Source of the DNA: a virus
Lineage: Duplodnaviria; Caudoviricetes
Virus record (IMG/VR): IMGVR_UViG_3300034166_000054
Coordinates: 1-35,674 of that record
Direction: 5' to 3' (one strand)
Length of the DNA: 35,674 nucleotides
A model generated the notes under the pieces. The model was given only the letters and a program-made list of their open reading frames with translations. It was not told the origin of the DNA and searched no databases. Numbering within the stretch: position 1 is the first letter of the stretch; each line of letters opens with the position of its first letter. This document shows positions 25,615-35,382 of the stretch, piece by piece. The translations under genes and the position numbers were made by a program.

Positions 25615-26914
25615 AACAGTACGATATGTCCCAACCTTTCGCGCACCAAGCGAGTACGAGCGTCAAGTAGAAGAAGCCCGTCGCCGTGCTGCCTTGGCTG
25701 AAGCTCTTGCACAGCAACAGTACGAGCCGATGGAAGGCAACGCAGCGCCGATCCCCAAGGCTGCGCCGCTTGTGAAGGCATTGCAGGGCTATTTAACTGC
25801 TCGCGAAGGCCGCAAAGCGCAAGAAGCAGCCGAGGAAGCCAAGGGCATGGAGGCTGATTACGCACAACGTATGCTTGGGCGTATGCAGGGCGGGTATACC
25901 TACCAACCTGATGCTGAACTAGAAACGCAAATGGCGAAGCGTCCAGAGGAGACGCTAGATCAGTACACCCAGCGTATGCAGGCCACGCCGTTTGTGGGTC
26001 GCGCCGCTCCTATCCCCGAGCAGACCGAATTGGGCGAGGTTACGCGCCAATCGCAGTATCGCCGCGCACCGGAAGAAGTGTTGGGCATGGCGTCCACAAG
26101 CCTTGGCACGGCTGCATTAAAGGATCGTCCTGTTATGGCGCAGCGCCTTGCGCAAATGCTTGAGACGCCAAAAGAGGCAGAGTACGGCACTACGCCGCAG
26201 TTTGATTCAGAAGGCCGCGCATTTGTAGTCAACAAAGCGGGCAATATTCGTTATTTGGATGGCGTTTCAAAAGCGCCTGAAACTACCGAATTACAACGCA
26301 ATTATGAATACGCAAAAGGCCAAGGATATACAGGGTCTTTTGATGATTTCCGAAAGTCCGGCATTGCTCGCACAACAGTAGATGTCAAATACGGCGCTCC
26401 TGTATCAGGCGTGGATGCAAGCGGTAATCCTGTGTTCTTCCAGCCAAACCCAACTGGTGGGCCGCCGTCCATCATTGAAGGCGTGCGCCCAGAAGGCAAA
26501 GGCCCGACCGAATCACAATCAACGGCGCGACTTTATGTAGAGCGCATGGCTGAATCAGAACCGGTGTTTGAAGGGTTAACGCCTCCAAGTTACGGATCGC
26601 GGGCAAAAGAGGGATTGCCGGGAGGAGTTGGCAACGTAATGCTAACGCCCGAATCGCGGCAATGGTTCCAAGCAGAACGCAACTTTATCAACGCTGTTTT
26701 GCGTAAAGAATCAGGCGCGGTTATTAGCGATTCAGAATTTGATAACGCTCGGAAACAATACATTCCGCAGCCGGGTGATGATCCGCAAACCAAAGAGCAA
26801 AAGCGACGCAATCGCCAAACCGCAATCCGCGAAATTGGCGGTGCTGCGGGGCCGGGATATAAGCCGCCAGCGTTTGGCAATTCACCAATCATTGATTTGC
26901 CGCCTCGGAGATAA
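25607..26914 (+). CDS. Putative internal virion/ejection protein
   Basis: Position, helical, AERNFINAVLRKESGAVISDSE..NA.KQYIPQPGD. Confidence 0.65.
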   Translation: MAKTVRYVPTFRAPSEYERQVEEARRRAALAEALAQQQYEPMEGNAAPIPKAAPLVKALQGYLTAREGRKAQEAAEEAKGMEADYAQRMLGRMQGGYTYQPDAELETQMAKRPEETLDQYTQRMQATPFVGRAAPIPEQTELGEVTRQSQYRRAPEEVLGMASTSLGTAALKDRPVMAQRLAQMLETPKEAEYGTTPQFDSEGRAFVVNKAGNIRYLDGVSKAPETTELQRNYEYAKGQGYTGSFDDFRKSGIARTTVDVKYGAPVSGVDASGNPVFFQPNPTGGPPSIIEGVRPEGKGPTESQSTARLYVERMAESEPVFEGLTPPSYGSRAKEGLPGGVGNVMLTPESRQWFQAERNFINAVLRKESGAVISDSEFDNARKQYIPQPGDDPQTKEQKRRNRQTAIREIGGAAGPGYKPPAFGNSPIIDLPPRR

Positions 26915-26917
26915 CCA

Positions 26918-28819
26918 ATGCCGACATACCGCATTGATGGCGAGTTGTACGAAGCCGCCAACCCTGATGAGGCATACGCCAAGCATGACCGCGCAATGGT
27001 TACCAAAATGGCGATGCGTGAAGGCGCACAGTTATCGCCCGTTGCTCAAGGTGCATTGACTGCCGCGCAAGGCGCGACGTTTAACTTTGCCGATGAGATG
27101 GCGGGGTTAGTAAACCCGCGATACCGCGATGTAGTGCGTGGCGCTACGCAAGAGTTTGCACAACAGAACCCCATGAGCGCGGCTGGGCTTGAGTTGGCGG
27201 GCGGTCTTGCGACGGCTCCGTTTACCGGCCCGCTTTCGTTGGGTCGTGGCATAACCACTACAGGCAAAATTTTACGCACCGGCGGCGATATTGCCGCGCA
27301 AAGTGCATTGGCAGGTGCAGGCGCAGCCGATGAAGGTGACCGATTGTCAGGCGCGGCGCAGGGCGCGGCGATCGGCACGGTATTAGGCGGTGGCGCAAAC
27401 GTCGCTGGCCGTGCAATTCGTAGCGGCATCATTACGCCCGCTATGTCTCGTTTGCCAGAAGGCGGCTTTGGAATCATGCGCGGCGCTGAAGTTCAAACGC
27501 CCGAAACTTTTGCGGGTTATAACGTGCGTCCTGATTACGCCCGCGAACGCCTCGCAGAATTGCTTGAGCGTGACGCACAGGCCCGAATCATGACGGGCGT
27601 GGAACCGGGGCAAGAGGCTGTGATGGGCGCGAGGCGATTGCGTAAACTCGGCCCAGAAGCGCCCATTGCATCTACTGGCAGCAACACGCTTGCCGAGATA
27701 GATATGCTTGCCAATCTGTCGGGGTCAGCGGGTCGTAAATTGGAAATGCAACAACGTCGCGTAGCGGAAAAACGCGGCGGCGCTATTACTAAAACTGCGG
27801 AACTTGCTACGGGCGTTATGCAATCCGCAGATGACGAGTTAGTTAATCTTGCTAAACGGCAAGCAGACGCTGCTGGGCCGCTATACGACAAATTACGAAC
27901 AGTTACATTTCCGATTGATGAGGAATTGCAAAGCATCCTTGGGCGTGCGCGACTTGACCTTGGCGCAGCACAGCGCACGGCTACCCGACGCGGTGAACCA
28001 CAAGTTGCGTTGCGTCAGTTAAAGCAAGGCGATCAGTTGCCGTTTGCCGCTGCTGATCAGTTAAAGCGCACTTTGTGGGATAAAGCAAAAGCAGCAAAGC
28101 GTGCTGATAAAAATAATGAAGCTGCTGACCTTGACCGTTTGCGATTGGATTTGGTCAAGAAACTAGACTCGTTGTCACCTGATTACGCCAAAGCCCGCGA
28201 AACATTTGCAGGGTTTGGAGAGTTAGAAACAGCGGTTGAGTTAGGACAAGATTCTTTGTTAGAAACGGCAGAGTCGTTGTCTAAATTAACCAAGGAAATG
28301 ACGCCATCCGAGTTGGAAGCGTTCCGCGTTGGCGCGGTGGATTCGCTACGTCAGGTCGCGGGTTCGCAGCCAGGGCAGACGCGCTTGCTGAATATGTACA
28401 AGGAGCCAGAGCTTAAAGGCAAGCTCCGAGCCATATTCGGCAACGATTTCCGTGAATTCCAGCGCATGATTTTGTCGCAGGAAGAACTAAAGAAATTGGA
28501 GCGTGTGGGCGGCGGTTCCCAGACGTTTAAGCGTTTGGCGCAAGCACAAGATCAAAAAGACACATTTGATTTAGTGCAAGCATCGCAAGCGGCAACTAAC
28601 CCTGTTGGTTTTGTTCAAGGATTGCAGCAAAAAGCCACGCAATACGGGATGCCAGAACAGCAACGCAATAAACTAGCGCGGCTGCTGATGTTGCGCGATC
28701 AACCCGCACAAGATGAGTTGCGAAATATGCAGGAATATATGCGCCGCCGTGCGATGGGGCAGGCGCTGGGTCGGCAAACGTCAGGCCGTATCGGCGCGTT
28801 TGGCGCAGGTCAGGAATAG
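26918..28819 (+). CDS. Putative internal virion/ejection protein
   Basis: AQGATFNFADE N-terminal motif, Gly/Ala-rich membrane-inserting segment, helical body, GGSQT. Confidence 0.65.
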   Translation: MPTYRIDGELYEAANPDEAYAKHDRAMVTKMAMREGAQLSPVAQGALTAAQGATFNFADEMAGLVNPRYRDVVRGATQEFAQQNPMSAAGLELAGGLATAPFTGPLSLGRGITTTGKILRTGGDIAAQSALAGAGAADEGDRLSGAAQGAAIGTVLGGGANVAGRAIRSGIITPAMSRLPEGGFGIMRGAEVQTPETFAGYNVRPDYARERLAELLERDAQARIMTGVEPGQEAVMGARRLRKLGPEAPIASTGSNTLAEIDMLANLSGSAGRKLEMQQRRVAEKRGGAITKTAELATGVMQSADDELVNLAKRQADAAGPLYDKLRTVTFPIDEELQSILGRARLDLGAAQRTATRRGEPQVALRQLKQGDQLPFAAADQLKRTLWDKAKAAKRADKNNEAADLDRLRLDLVKKLDSLSPDYAKARETFAGFGELETAVELGQDSLLETAESLSKLTKEMTPSELEAFRVGAVDSLRQVAGSQPGQTRLLNMYKEPELKGKLRAIFGNDFREFQRMILSQEELKKLERVGGGSQTFKRLAQAQDQKDTFDLVQASQAATNPVGFVQGLQQKATQYGMPEQQRNKLARLLMLRDQPAQDELRNMQEYMRRRAMGQALGRQTSGRIGAFGAGQE

Positions 28820-28829
28820 GAGATAAGCA

Positions 28830-30746
28830 ATGAGCTTTAACGGCAGCGGCGTATTTGTCATCAATTCGGCAGGCCAGCCGGTCGTTGCCAACACGGTTAT
28901 CTCGTCAACCGTTTTCAACGCTCTGACGGCTGACCTTGCCACCGGCTTGACCAACTGCATCACCAAGGACGGTCAATCCACGCCCACGGCTAACATCCCG
29001 ATGGGCAGCAACAAGATCACGGGCCTTGCGGTGGGTACGCTGGCGTCCGACGCCGCTAACCTCTCACAAGTACAGTCCACCTCGGTCAAACTCATTACGG
29101 TCAGCGGTGCAGATACCGTTACCGGCACGCTCTCGCCTGTCCTTGCGGCGTATGAAGCAGGCCAGATGTTCTATTGGGTCGCCGCTGGCACCAATACCGG
29201 CGCTGTCACGCTCAACATCAACAGCCTTGGCGCAAAAGCAGTCACGCGAGACGGCAGCACGGCGCTGATTGCGGGCGACATCCAATCTGGCGAAATCGTG
29301 ATGGTCGTCTACGACGGCACGCGATTCCAAATGATCAACGCCGCCAACTCGTTCGGCAACACAACGATCAACGGCACCCTGACGGTTACCGGCAACACGA
29401 CGTTGCAGGCTAACGTCAGCATCGGTTCTACGTTGGTGGTGGGCGGTACGTTGGCGGTGGTCGGACGATCCGACCTGCCGATTGTATCTACCGCCTCCAT
29501 GAACGCAGCGGTGGCAGCGGTTACCGACCTGCGTGCTACTAGCGCCTCTATTACCTCCGCAAACGTCGGCACGGCGGTTATCTCCACAGGTACGGTGACT
29601 AACCTCACCGCTACCAGCGCCTCTGTGGCGTCGGTTAATGCGGGCGTGGCGCTGCTGACGACGGCGACAATTACCGACCTGTCGGCTACCAGCGCATCTA
29701 TCGCATCGGCCAACCTGACCAACGCCAACATCACCAACCTTACGCTTTCGGGCGTGTCGGTGGCGTCGGCGAACTTTGGCATCGCCAATGTCACGGACTT
29801 GCGTGCAGCGGGAGCCTCGGTCACCTCTGCCAATGTCGGCACAGCGGTCATTACGACCCTGACAGCCACGGGAGCCTCGGTTGCATCGGCTAACGTCGGC
29901 ACCGCAGCGGTTACCCAATTGGATGCTACGGGCGCATCGGTCGCCTCCATCAACGCGGGTGTGGCGTTAATTACCACCGGCACGGTTACCAACCTCACAT
30001 CCACTAGCGCCAGCATTGCCTCGGCTAACCTTGGCACGGCCAACATTACGGCGCTGACGCTGACGGGTGTATCGGTCGCCTCGGCTAATGTTGGAGTCGC
30101 CAACATCACCGACCTGCGAGCGGCAGGCGCGTCGGTAACGTCGGCCAACGTCGGCACGGCTGTTATCACCACGCTTACCGCCACAGGGGCGTCTATCGCC
30201 TCTGCTAATGCGGGTCGGTTGGATGTCACGGCAGCCTCGGCAGCGTCCATCAACGGTGCGGTGGCGCTCTTTACGACCGGCACGGTGACCAACCTCACCT
30301 CTACGTCGGCCAGCATCGCCTCTGCCAACCTCGGTAACGCACAGGTCACCGGAGCGAGCATCGCATCGGCCAATGTCGCGGCATTGACGGCAACGGGGGC
30401 GAGTATCGCGTCGGCCAATATCGGCACGGCGGTGATTAGCACGATTGCCTCGGTATCCATCGGCTCGGCCAACATCGGTACAGCGGCAGTTTCCACGCTA
30501 ACCGCAACCAACGCATCTATCGCCTCGGCAAACGTGGCAGCGATGCGTTTTATCGGCGCATCCTCGGGATACGTCGGCTTTATCGCTCAAACATCAGCAG
30601 GTTCCGCGACGTATACTTGGCCTAACGCAGATGGCATCGCGGGTTATGTTTTGAGAACAGATGGCTCGGGCGTTTTGTCTTGGGTCGCACAATCTGGCGG
30701 CGGTGGGGGCGGTGGCTCCAATGCCTTCGCTTGGTTTATCTCTTGA
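28830..30746 (+). CDS. Tail fibre with pentapeptide-periodic Ser/Thr/Ala shaft
   Basis: MSFNGSGVF...D.ATGLTNCITKDG anchor domain, NTGAVTLNIN.LGAK, ASIAS-ANLGT-type repeats, VLRTDGSGVLSW. Confidence 0.8.
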   Translation: MSFNGSGVFVINSAGQPVVANTVISSTVFNALTADLATGLTNCITKDGQSTPTANIPMGSNKITGLAVGTLASDAANLSQVQSTSVKLITVSGADTVTGTLSPVLAAYEAGQMFYWVAAGTNTGAVTLNINSLGAKAVTRDGSTALIAGDIQSGEIVMVVYDGTRFQMINAANSFGNTTINGTLTVTGNTTLQANVSIGSTLVVGGTLAVVGRSDLPIVSTASMNAAVAAVTDLRATSASITSANVGTAVISTGTVTNLTATSASVASVNAGVALLTTATITDLSATSASIASANLTNANITNLTLSGVSVASANFGIANVTDLRAAGASVTSANVGTAVITTLTATGASVASANVGTAAVTQLDATGASVASINAGVALITTGTVTNLTSTSASIASANLGTANITALTLTGVSVASANVGVANITDLRAAGASVTSANVGTAVITTLTATGASIASANAGRLDVTAASAASINGAVALFTTGTVTNLTSTSASIASANLGNAQVTGASIASANVAALTATGASIASANIGTAVISTIASVSIGSANIGTAAVSTLTATNASIASANVAAMRFIGASSGYVGFIAQTSAGSATYTWPNADGIAGYVLRTDGSGVLSWVAQSGGGGGGGSNAFAWFIS

Positions 30747-30757
30747 GGTAACTAAAA

Positions 30758-31558
30758 ATGGGCATTCTTGTACTTGACGCAACTACCAAATCCATCGTCG
30801 TCGTCATGTCGGGCGCGGCGGCCACGACCAACCCTGATTTCACGGCTGCATGGGCCGATGACACGGGATCGGCGTTTACCGAGGGCGCATCAGACGGTGC
30901 GCTAAACGGCACCAGCAGCGTCACCTTGGTGGCTGCGCCCGCTTCTAGCACTCGGCGCGTCATCAAAAACATCACCATTGAGAACAGGGACACGGCAGCC
31001 GTCACGCTGACCATCTCCTACGACAACAATGGCACCCTGCGAACCATCGCCAAGGTCACGCTGAACGTAGGCGACACTTGGACGACTGACGGCACGTTTG
31101 ACACCAACGGCTCGTTTAAGCAGACCCTTGGCAGCATCAACCTGTCCTCGGGCGTCACCGGCACGTTGGGAACGGCCAACGGCGGCACAGGAACAACGAC
31201 CGGCAGCCTCGCTAACTGCACCGTAGACGGCACTAACCCGGTCGGTTACCGCAACATCCCGCGTTCGGGATCAGCCAAGACCACCTCGTACACGCTTGCC
31301 ACAGGCGACATTGGCGAGTTCATTGAGGTTGGAACCGGCGGCTCGGTGACCATTCCTGACGCCACGTTTGCGTTAGGTGATGTGGTGTCGGTGTTCAACA
31401 ACACCACGGGCAATGTCACAATCACCTGCACGATCACAACGGCTTACATCGGCGGCACGGACGCAGACAAAGCAACCGTTACGCTCGCAACAAGAGGCAT
31501 AGCGACAATTTTGTTTTTGTCGGGTACGGTGTGCGTTATCTCTGGCAACGTGAGCTAA
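30758..31558 (+). CDS. Tail fibre-associated protein
   Basis: GTLGTANGGTG and VGYRNIP...SYTL...D.G motifs, Thr-rich. Confidence 0.7.
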   Translation: MGILVLDATTKSIVVVMSGAAATTNPDFTAAWADDTGSAFTEGASDGALNGTSSVTLVAAPASSTRRVIKNITIENRDTAAVTLTISYDNNGTLRTIAKVTLNVGDTWTTDGTFDTNGSFKQTLGSINLSSGVTGTLGTANGGTGTTTGSLANCTVDGTNPVGYRNIPRSGSAKTTSYTLATGDIGEFIEVGTGGSVTIPDATFALGDVVSVFNNTTGNVTITCTITTAYIGGTDADKATVTLATRGIATILFLSGTVCVISGNVS

Positions 31559-31562
31559 AGCC

Positions 31563-33959
31563 ATGAGCGGCATTATGCAGTTGCTCCTCGCCGCTAGAGT
31601 TGCGGGCGGCGGGGCATTTACCGAATACAAGATTTTTACCGCATCGGGTAACTGGACTGCCCCGACTGGCGTGACGCAAGTTGAATACCTTGTTGTCGCG
31701 GGAGGTGGCGGCGGCGGTGGTTCTAATAGCACTAGAAATGGTTGCGGTGGCGGCGGCGCGGGTGGATACCGCACAGGAACAGGTTTTAGCGTAACGGCTG
31801 GAACTGACTACGTTATTACAGTTGGCGGCGGCGGTACTGCTGGAAATGATTCTGCTGGTTCTGCTGGCAATAATTCTATATTTAGCACCATTACATCCGC
31901 TGGAGGCGGCGGCGGCGGCAGAGGTTACGCTTCGCCGTCTGTTGGCGGCAACGGAGGTTCTGGCGGCGGCGGTGGATACGGTTTCGCTGGCGGCAACGGA
32001 AACACGCCGAGTACATCACCATCTCAAGGTAACAATGGTGGTACGGGCATTGATAATTTGCCAAGTTTGTTTTTTGCTGGAGGCGGCGGCGGCGGTGCCT
32101 CTGCTGTTGGTCAGTCGCCAAGCACCGGAGTTGGTGGCAATGGTGGCAACGGCACCGCGTCAAGCATTAGCGGTTCATCAGTCACTTACGCTGGCGGTGG
32201 TGGCGGTTCTGATTACTCTGCTGGAGCAAACACCGGGGGTTCTGGTGGTTCTGGCGGTGGCGGTAATGGCGGCGGCTTCGGCCCAAGCAGTTCGGTTGCC
32301 CAGCCCGGCACAGCGAATACTGGCGGCGGCGGTGGCGGCGCTGGCCCCAACGGACAAACCACGGGTGGTACAGGCGGCTCCGGTATCGTCATCCTCAAAT
32401 ACTCTGTCCCCGTCCAATCTGTCGTAGCCACGTTTACTTCTAGCGGCACATGGACTTGCCCGAGCGGTGTTAGCGCGGTGGAGTACCTTGTCGTCGCGGG
32501 TGGCGGCGGTGGTGGTGCTGGATATGCGGGCGGCGGCGGTGCTGGTGGATTCCGCACTGGAACCGGATTTTCCGTAACAGCCGGAACCGACTACACCATT
32601 ACTGTTGGCGCTGGCGGCAATGGCTCTACTAGCACATCAGCAAAAGGATCAAGCGGCTCTAATTCTGTTTTCTCAAGCATTACTTCTGCTGGCGGCGGTG
32701 GAGGTGGATCAAATGGTTCTGTTGATGGAGCCAACGGCGGTTCCGGTGGTGGCGGCGCTGGAGTTGGTTCTGGCCCGACAACTGGTGGAACTGGAAACAC
32801 CCCATCTGCTTCTCCATCACAAGGAAACAATGGTGGAAATGGCGCAAATACTCCTGCTTACGGTGGTGGCGGCGGTGGCGGCGCTTCTGCTGCTGGAGTA
32901 AGCGCAACGACTACAGCATCAGGAAATGGCGGGGCTGGAACCGCATCATCAATTAGCGGTGGCAGCGCAACTTATGCTGGTGGCGGCGGTGGTGGCGGAA
33001 CCGTCCAAGGTTCTACAGTCGGCTCTGGCGGTTCTGGCGGCGGTGGAGCAGGCGGCTCTGCCCCAAGTGGAACAGGTGTAGCAGGAACCGCCAACACAGG
33101 CGGTGGCGGTGGCGGTGGTGCTGGCTCTGGCACGCCGGGCAGTGGCGCAGCAGGCGGCTCTGGCATCGTCATCCTCAAGTACGACATCGGCTCTGCCACA
33201 ATCTTTACCTTCAAGTCATCGCAGAAGTGGACTGCACCAGCGGGTGCGGTGAGCGTTGACTACCTCGTTGTTGCGGGGGGTGGAGGCAGCGGATATTGTC
33301 GTGGCGGTGGCGGTGGCGCTGGCGGATTCCGTACAGGAACCGCATTAGCAATTACCGCAGGAACTGAATACACCATTACCGTTGGCGGTGGTGGTACTGC
33401 CGGCACCAATACTGGTGTGGCAACTAACGGATCAGATTCCGTATTTAGCACGATTACATCCACCGGCGGCGGTAAAGGTGGCGACGGTTCTGGCACCACA
33501 ACCGGCAGCAACGGTGGGTCTGGTGGTGGCGGCGCAGGCGGCGGTGGTGCTGGTTCTGGCAACACGCCTAGCACTTCGCCATCTCAAGGCAGTAACGGTG
33601 GCGCAGGCGCAACCGGCGGTAATGCTGGCGCTGGCGGTGGTGGCGGCGCATCTGCGGTCGGAGCAAGCCCCGGCGCATCAGAAGCAGGCGGCAATGGCGG
33701 TAATGGCACCGCATCTAGTATTTCCGGTAGCAGCGTCACTTACGCAGGTGGTGGTGGTGGAGGAAGTAACTCCAACAATACCGCCGGCACAGGCGGCACA
33801 GGTGGTGGCGGCAATGGCGGCGCTTCATCCGACACAGCCGGTTCAGCGGGCACGGCTAACACCGGAGGCGGTGGCGGAGGCGGCAGAAACAATACGGCTT
33901 GCCAAGCCGGCGGCGCTGGCGGCTCCGGTATCGTAATCCTCAAGGTCAACTTCACATGA
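31563..33959 (+). CDS. Glycine-rich tail/receptor-binding protein with three tandem ~255-aa domains
   Basis: Three units, each F.S...WT.P.G...V.YLVVAGGG...ANTGGGGGG...GGSGIVILK. Confidence 0.82.
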   Translation: MSGIMQLLLAARVAGGGAFTEYKIFTASGNWTAPTGVTQVEYLVVAGGGGGGGSNSTRNGCGGGGAGGYRTGTGFSVTAGTDYVITVGGGGTAGNDSAGSAGNNSIFSTITSAGGGGGGRGYASPSVGGNGGSGGGGGYGFAGGNGNTPSTSPSQGNNGGTGIDNLPSLFFAGGGGGGASAVGQSPSTGVGGNGGNGTASSISGSSVTYAGGGGGSDYSAGANTGGSGGSGGGGNGGGFGPSSSVAQPGTANTGGGGGGAGPNGQTTGGTGGSGIVILKYSVPVQSVVATFTSSGTWTCPSGVSAVEYLVVAGGGGGGAGYAGGGGAGGFRTGTGFSVTAGTDYTITVGAGGNGSTSTSAKGSSGSNSVFSSITSAGGGGGGSNGSVDGANGGSGGGGAGVGSGPTTGGTGNTPSASPSQGNNGGNGANTPAYGGGGGGGASAAGVSATTTASGNGGAGTASSISGGSATYAGGGGGGGTVQGSTVGSGGSGGGGAGGSAPSGTGVAGTANTGGGGGGGAGSGTPGSGAAGGSGIVILKYDIGSATIFTFKSSQKWTAPAGAVSVDYLVVAGGGGSGYCRGGGGGAGGFRTGTALAITAGTEYTITVGGGGTAGTNTGVATNGSDSVFSTITSTGGGKGGDGSGTTTGSNGGSGGGGAGGGGAGSGNTPSTSPSQGSNGGAGATGGNAGAGGGGGASAVGASPGASEAGGNGGNGTASSISGSSVTYAGGGGGGSNSNNTAGTGGTGGGGNGGASSDTAGSAGTANTGGGGGGGRNNTACQAGGAGGSGIVILKVNFT

Positions 33960-34204
33960 AAACTTATCAACTCATGGGCATTGATACGGCGATGCACTTG
34001 CTTCGCCCCGGCGCAAAGTGGGAGATCAGCAACCGCGAAATTACCCGCTGGGAAGACCCGCGACCCAAGCCGTCGTGGGACGAAATCATGTTCACGATTG
34101 AAAAGATCAAGGAACTTGAGGACGCGGTGCCGACGATCCTGTTGCCCGAGCAGCAGGCTGCGTTTGACGACTACGTTGCCCAAATTGAAAAGGCGGTTGC
34201 GTGA
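33956..34204 (+). CDS. Small tail-associated protein (XkdW-like)
   Basis: ATGA-coupled. A...LRPGAKW....W.D.RPKPSW.EI. Confidence 0.65.
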   Translation: MKTYQLMGIDTAMHLLRPGAKWEISNREITRWEDPRPKPSWDEIMFTIEKIKELEDAVPTILLPEQQAAFDDYVAQIEKAVA

Positions 34205-34803
34205 TTACATACAACCTCTTCCCTACGGCTGTCGCCAAGTTTGAACTTGGACGGGACTACACCGCCGAGGAAATGGCGTTTGTGGACGAGCAGCCGACGC
34301 ATAGCAACATGGGCAACACGACGAGCGACGACCGCTATGTGCTGCGTCACGACACGATGGCAAGCCTTAAAGCGTTTGCCGAAGCCAGCGTCAACGAGTA
34401 TCTGCGCTCAATCTACGCGCCGAAACACGACGTTACGCTGCGCCTAACGCAATCGTGGCTGAACTACACCAAGGCCGGTCAGTACCACCACAAACACGCG
34501 CATCCCAACTCGTTCGTGTCTGGGGTGCTGTACCTCAAGGCTGCCCGTGAGCGTGACAAGATTTACTTTTACAAAGACGGCTATCAGCAAATCAAACTGC
34601 CGACCGACAACTACAACGTCCACAACAGCGATTCGTGGTGGTTTGAAGTTGGCGCTGGCGATTTGATGCTGTTCCCGTCAAGCCTGACGCACATGGTAGA
34701 AACCGTGCAGGGCGATGACCGTGTTTCCCTTGCATTTAACACTTTTCCGGCTGGCTATGTTGGAGACGAAAGCAGCCTGACCGCATTGCATTTGAAGGAG
34801 TAA
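34201..34803 (+). CDS. 2OG-Fe(II) oxygenase (TIGR02466-like)
   Basis: LFPT, SWLN, HAHPNSFVSGVLY, GDLMLFPS.L.H.V, RVSLAFN. Confidence 0.88.
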   Translation: MITYNLFPTAVAKFELGRDYTAEEMAFVDEQPTHSNMGNTTSDDRYVLRHDTMASLKAFAEASVNEYLRSIYAPKHDVTLRLTQSWLNYTKAGQYHHKHAHPNSFVSGVLYLKAARERDKIYFYKDGYQQIKLPTDNYNVHNSDSWWFEVGAGDLMLFPSSLTHMVETVQGDDRVSLAFNTFPAGYVGDESSLTALHLKE

Positions 34804-34807
34804 GACA

Positions 34808-35191
34808 ATGGCTCATTTTGCTGAACTTGATTCAAACAATGTTGTGCTGCGGGTCATCGTCGTAGCCAACTCCGACACCGCTGACGCCAACGGCACAGAG
34901 GTGGAGAGCATCGGCGTGGCGTTCTGCCAGAAGTTGCTTGGCGGTAACTGGAAACAGACTAGTTATCACGGCAACATCCGCAAAAACTACGCAGGCGTCG
35001 GCTACACCTACCGCGCTGACATTGACGCTTTCGTAGCGCCGCAGCCGTACCCGTCATGGACGCTGGACGCTGATGCCCAATGGCAGGCTCCGGTGCCGAT
35101 GCCATCGGATGCCGGTACAGGCGAACCGCCCAAGATGTATTCATGGGATGAAGCCACGTTGTCGTGGGTCGCGGTTGAGGGTATGCCGTGA
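34808..35191 (+). CDS. Tail-module protein (possible fibre assembly factor)
   Basis: MAHFAELD.NN.V..VIVV...WKQTSY...RKNYAG.GY.Y....DAF..PQPYPSW. Confidence 0.75.
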   Translation: MAHFAELDSNNVVLRVIVVANSDTADANGTEVESIGVAFCQKLLGGNWKQTSYHGNIRKNYAGVGYTYRADIDAFVAPQPYPSWTLDADAQWQAPVPMPSDAGTGEPPKMYSWDEATLSWVAVEGMP

Positions 35192-35382
35192 CATCTGTCC
35201 AAGAGCTAGAAGTGACCGTTACCAGCCACATTGATGTTTGCACAGTACGGTACGAGGCCATCCACGCTCGCCTTAAACGCCTTGAGCAACTGATGTTAAA
35301 GATCGGTGGCGCAATCATTTTGATCCTGCTTGGCGCACTCGGCAGCATGGGATTGCTGCTGTTGGAGGCGTTGCAGAAGTGA
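35188..35382 (+). CDS. Small single-TM protein (XhlA-like / holin accessory)
   Basis: H..VC..RY..I..RL.RLE coiled segment followed by a hydrophobic helix. Confidence 0.7.
   Translation: MTSVQELEVTVTSHIDVCTVRYEAIHARLKRLEQLMLKIGGAIILILLGALGSMGLLLLEALQK

Noticed and set aside
29064-30511. 284- and 400-aa antisense ORFs over the tail fibre
   Set aside because: Mirror of a repetitive Ala/Ser/Thr gene with few antisense stops.
31563-33959. Diversity-generating retroelement target/template pair
   Set aside because: No reverse transcriptase in the genome, and repeat differences are not adenine-specific.
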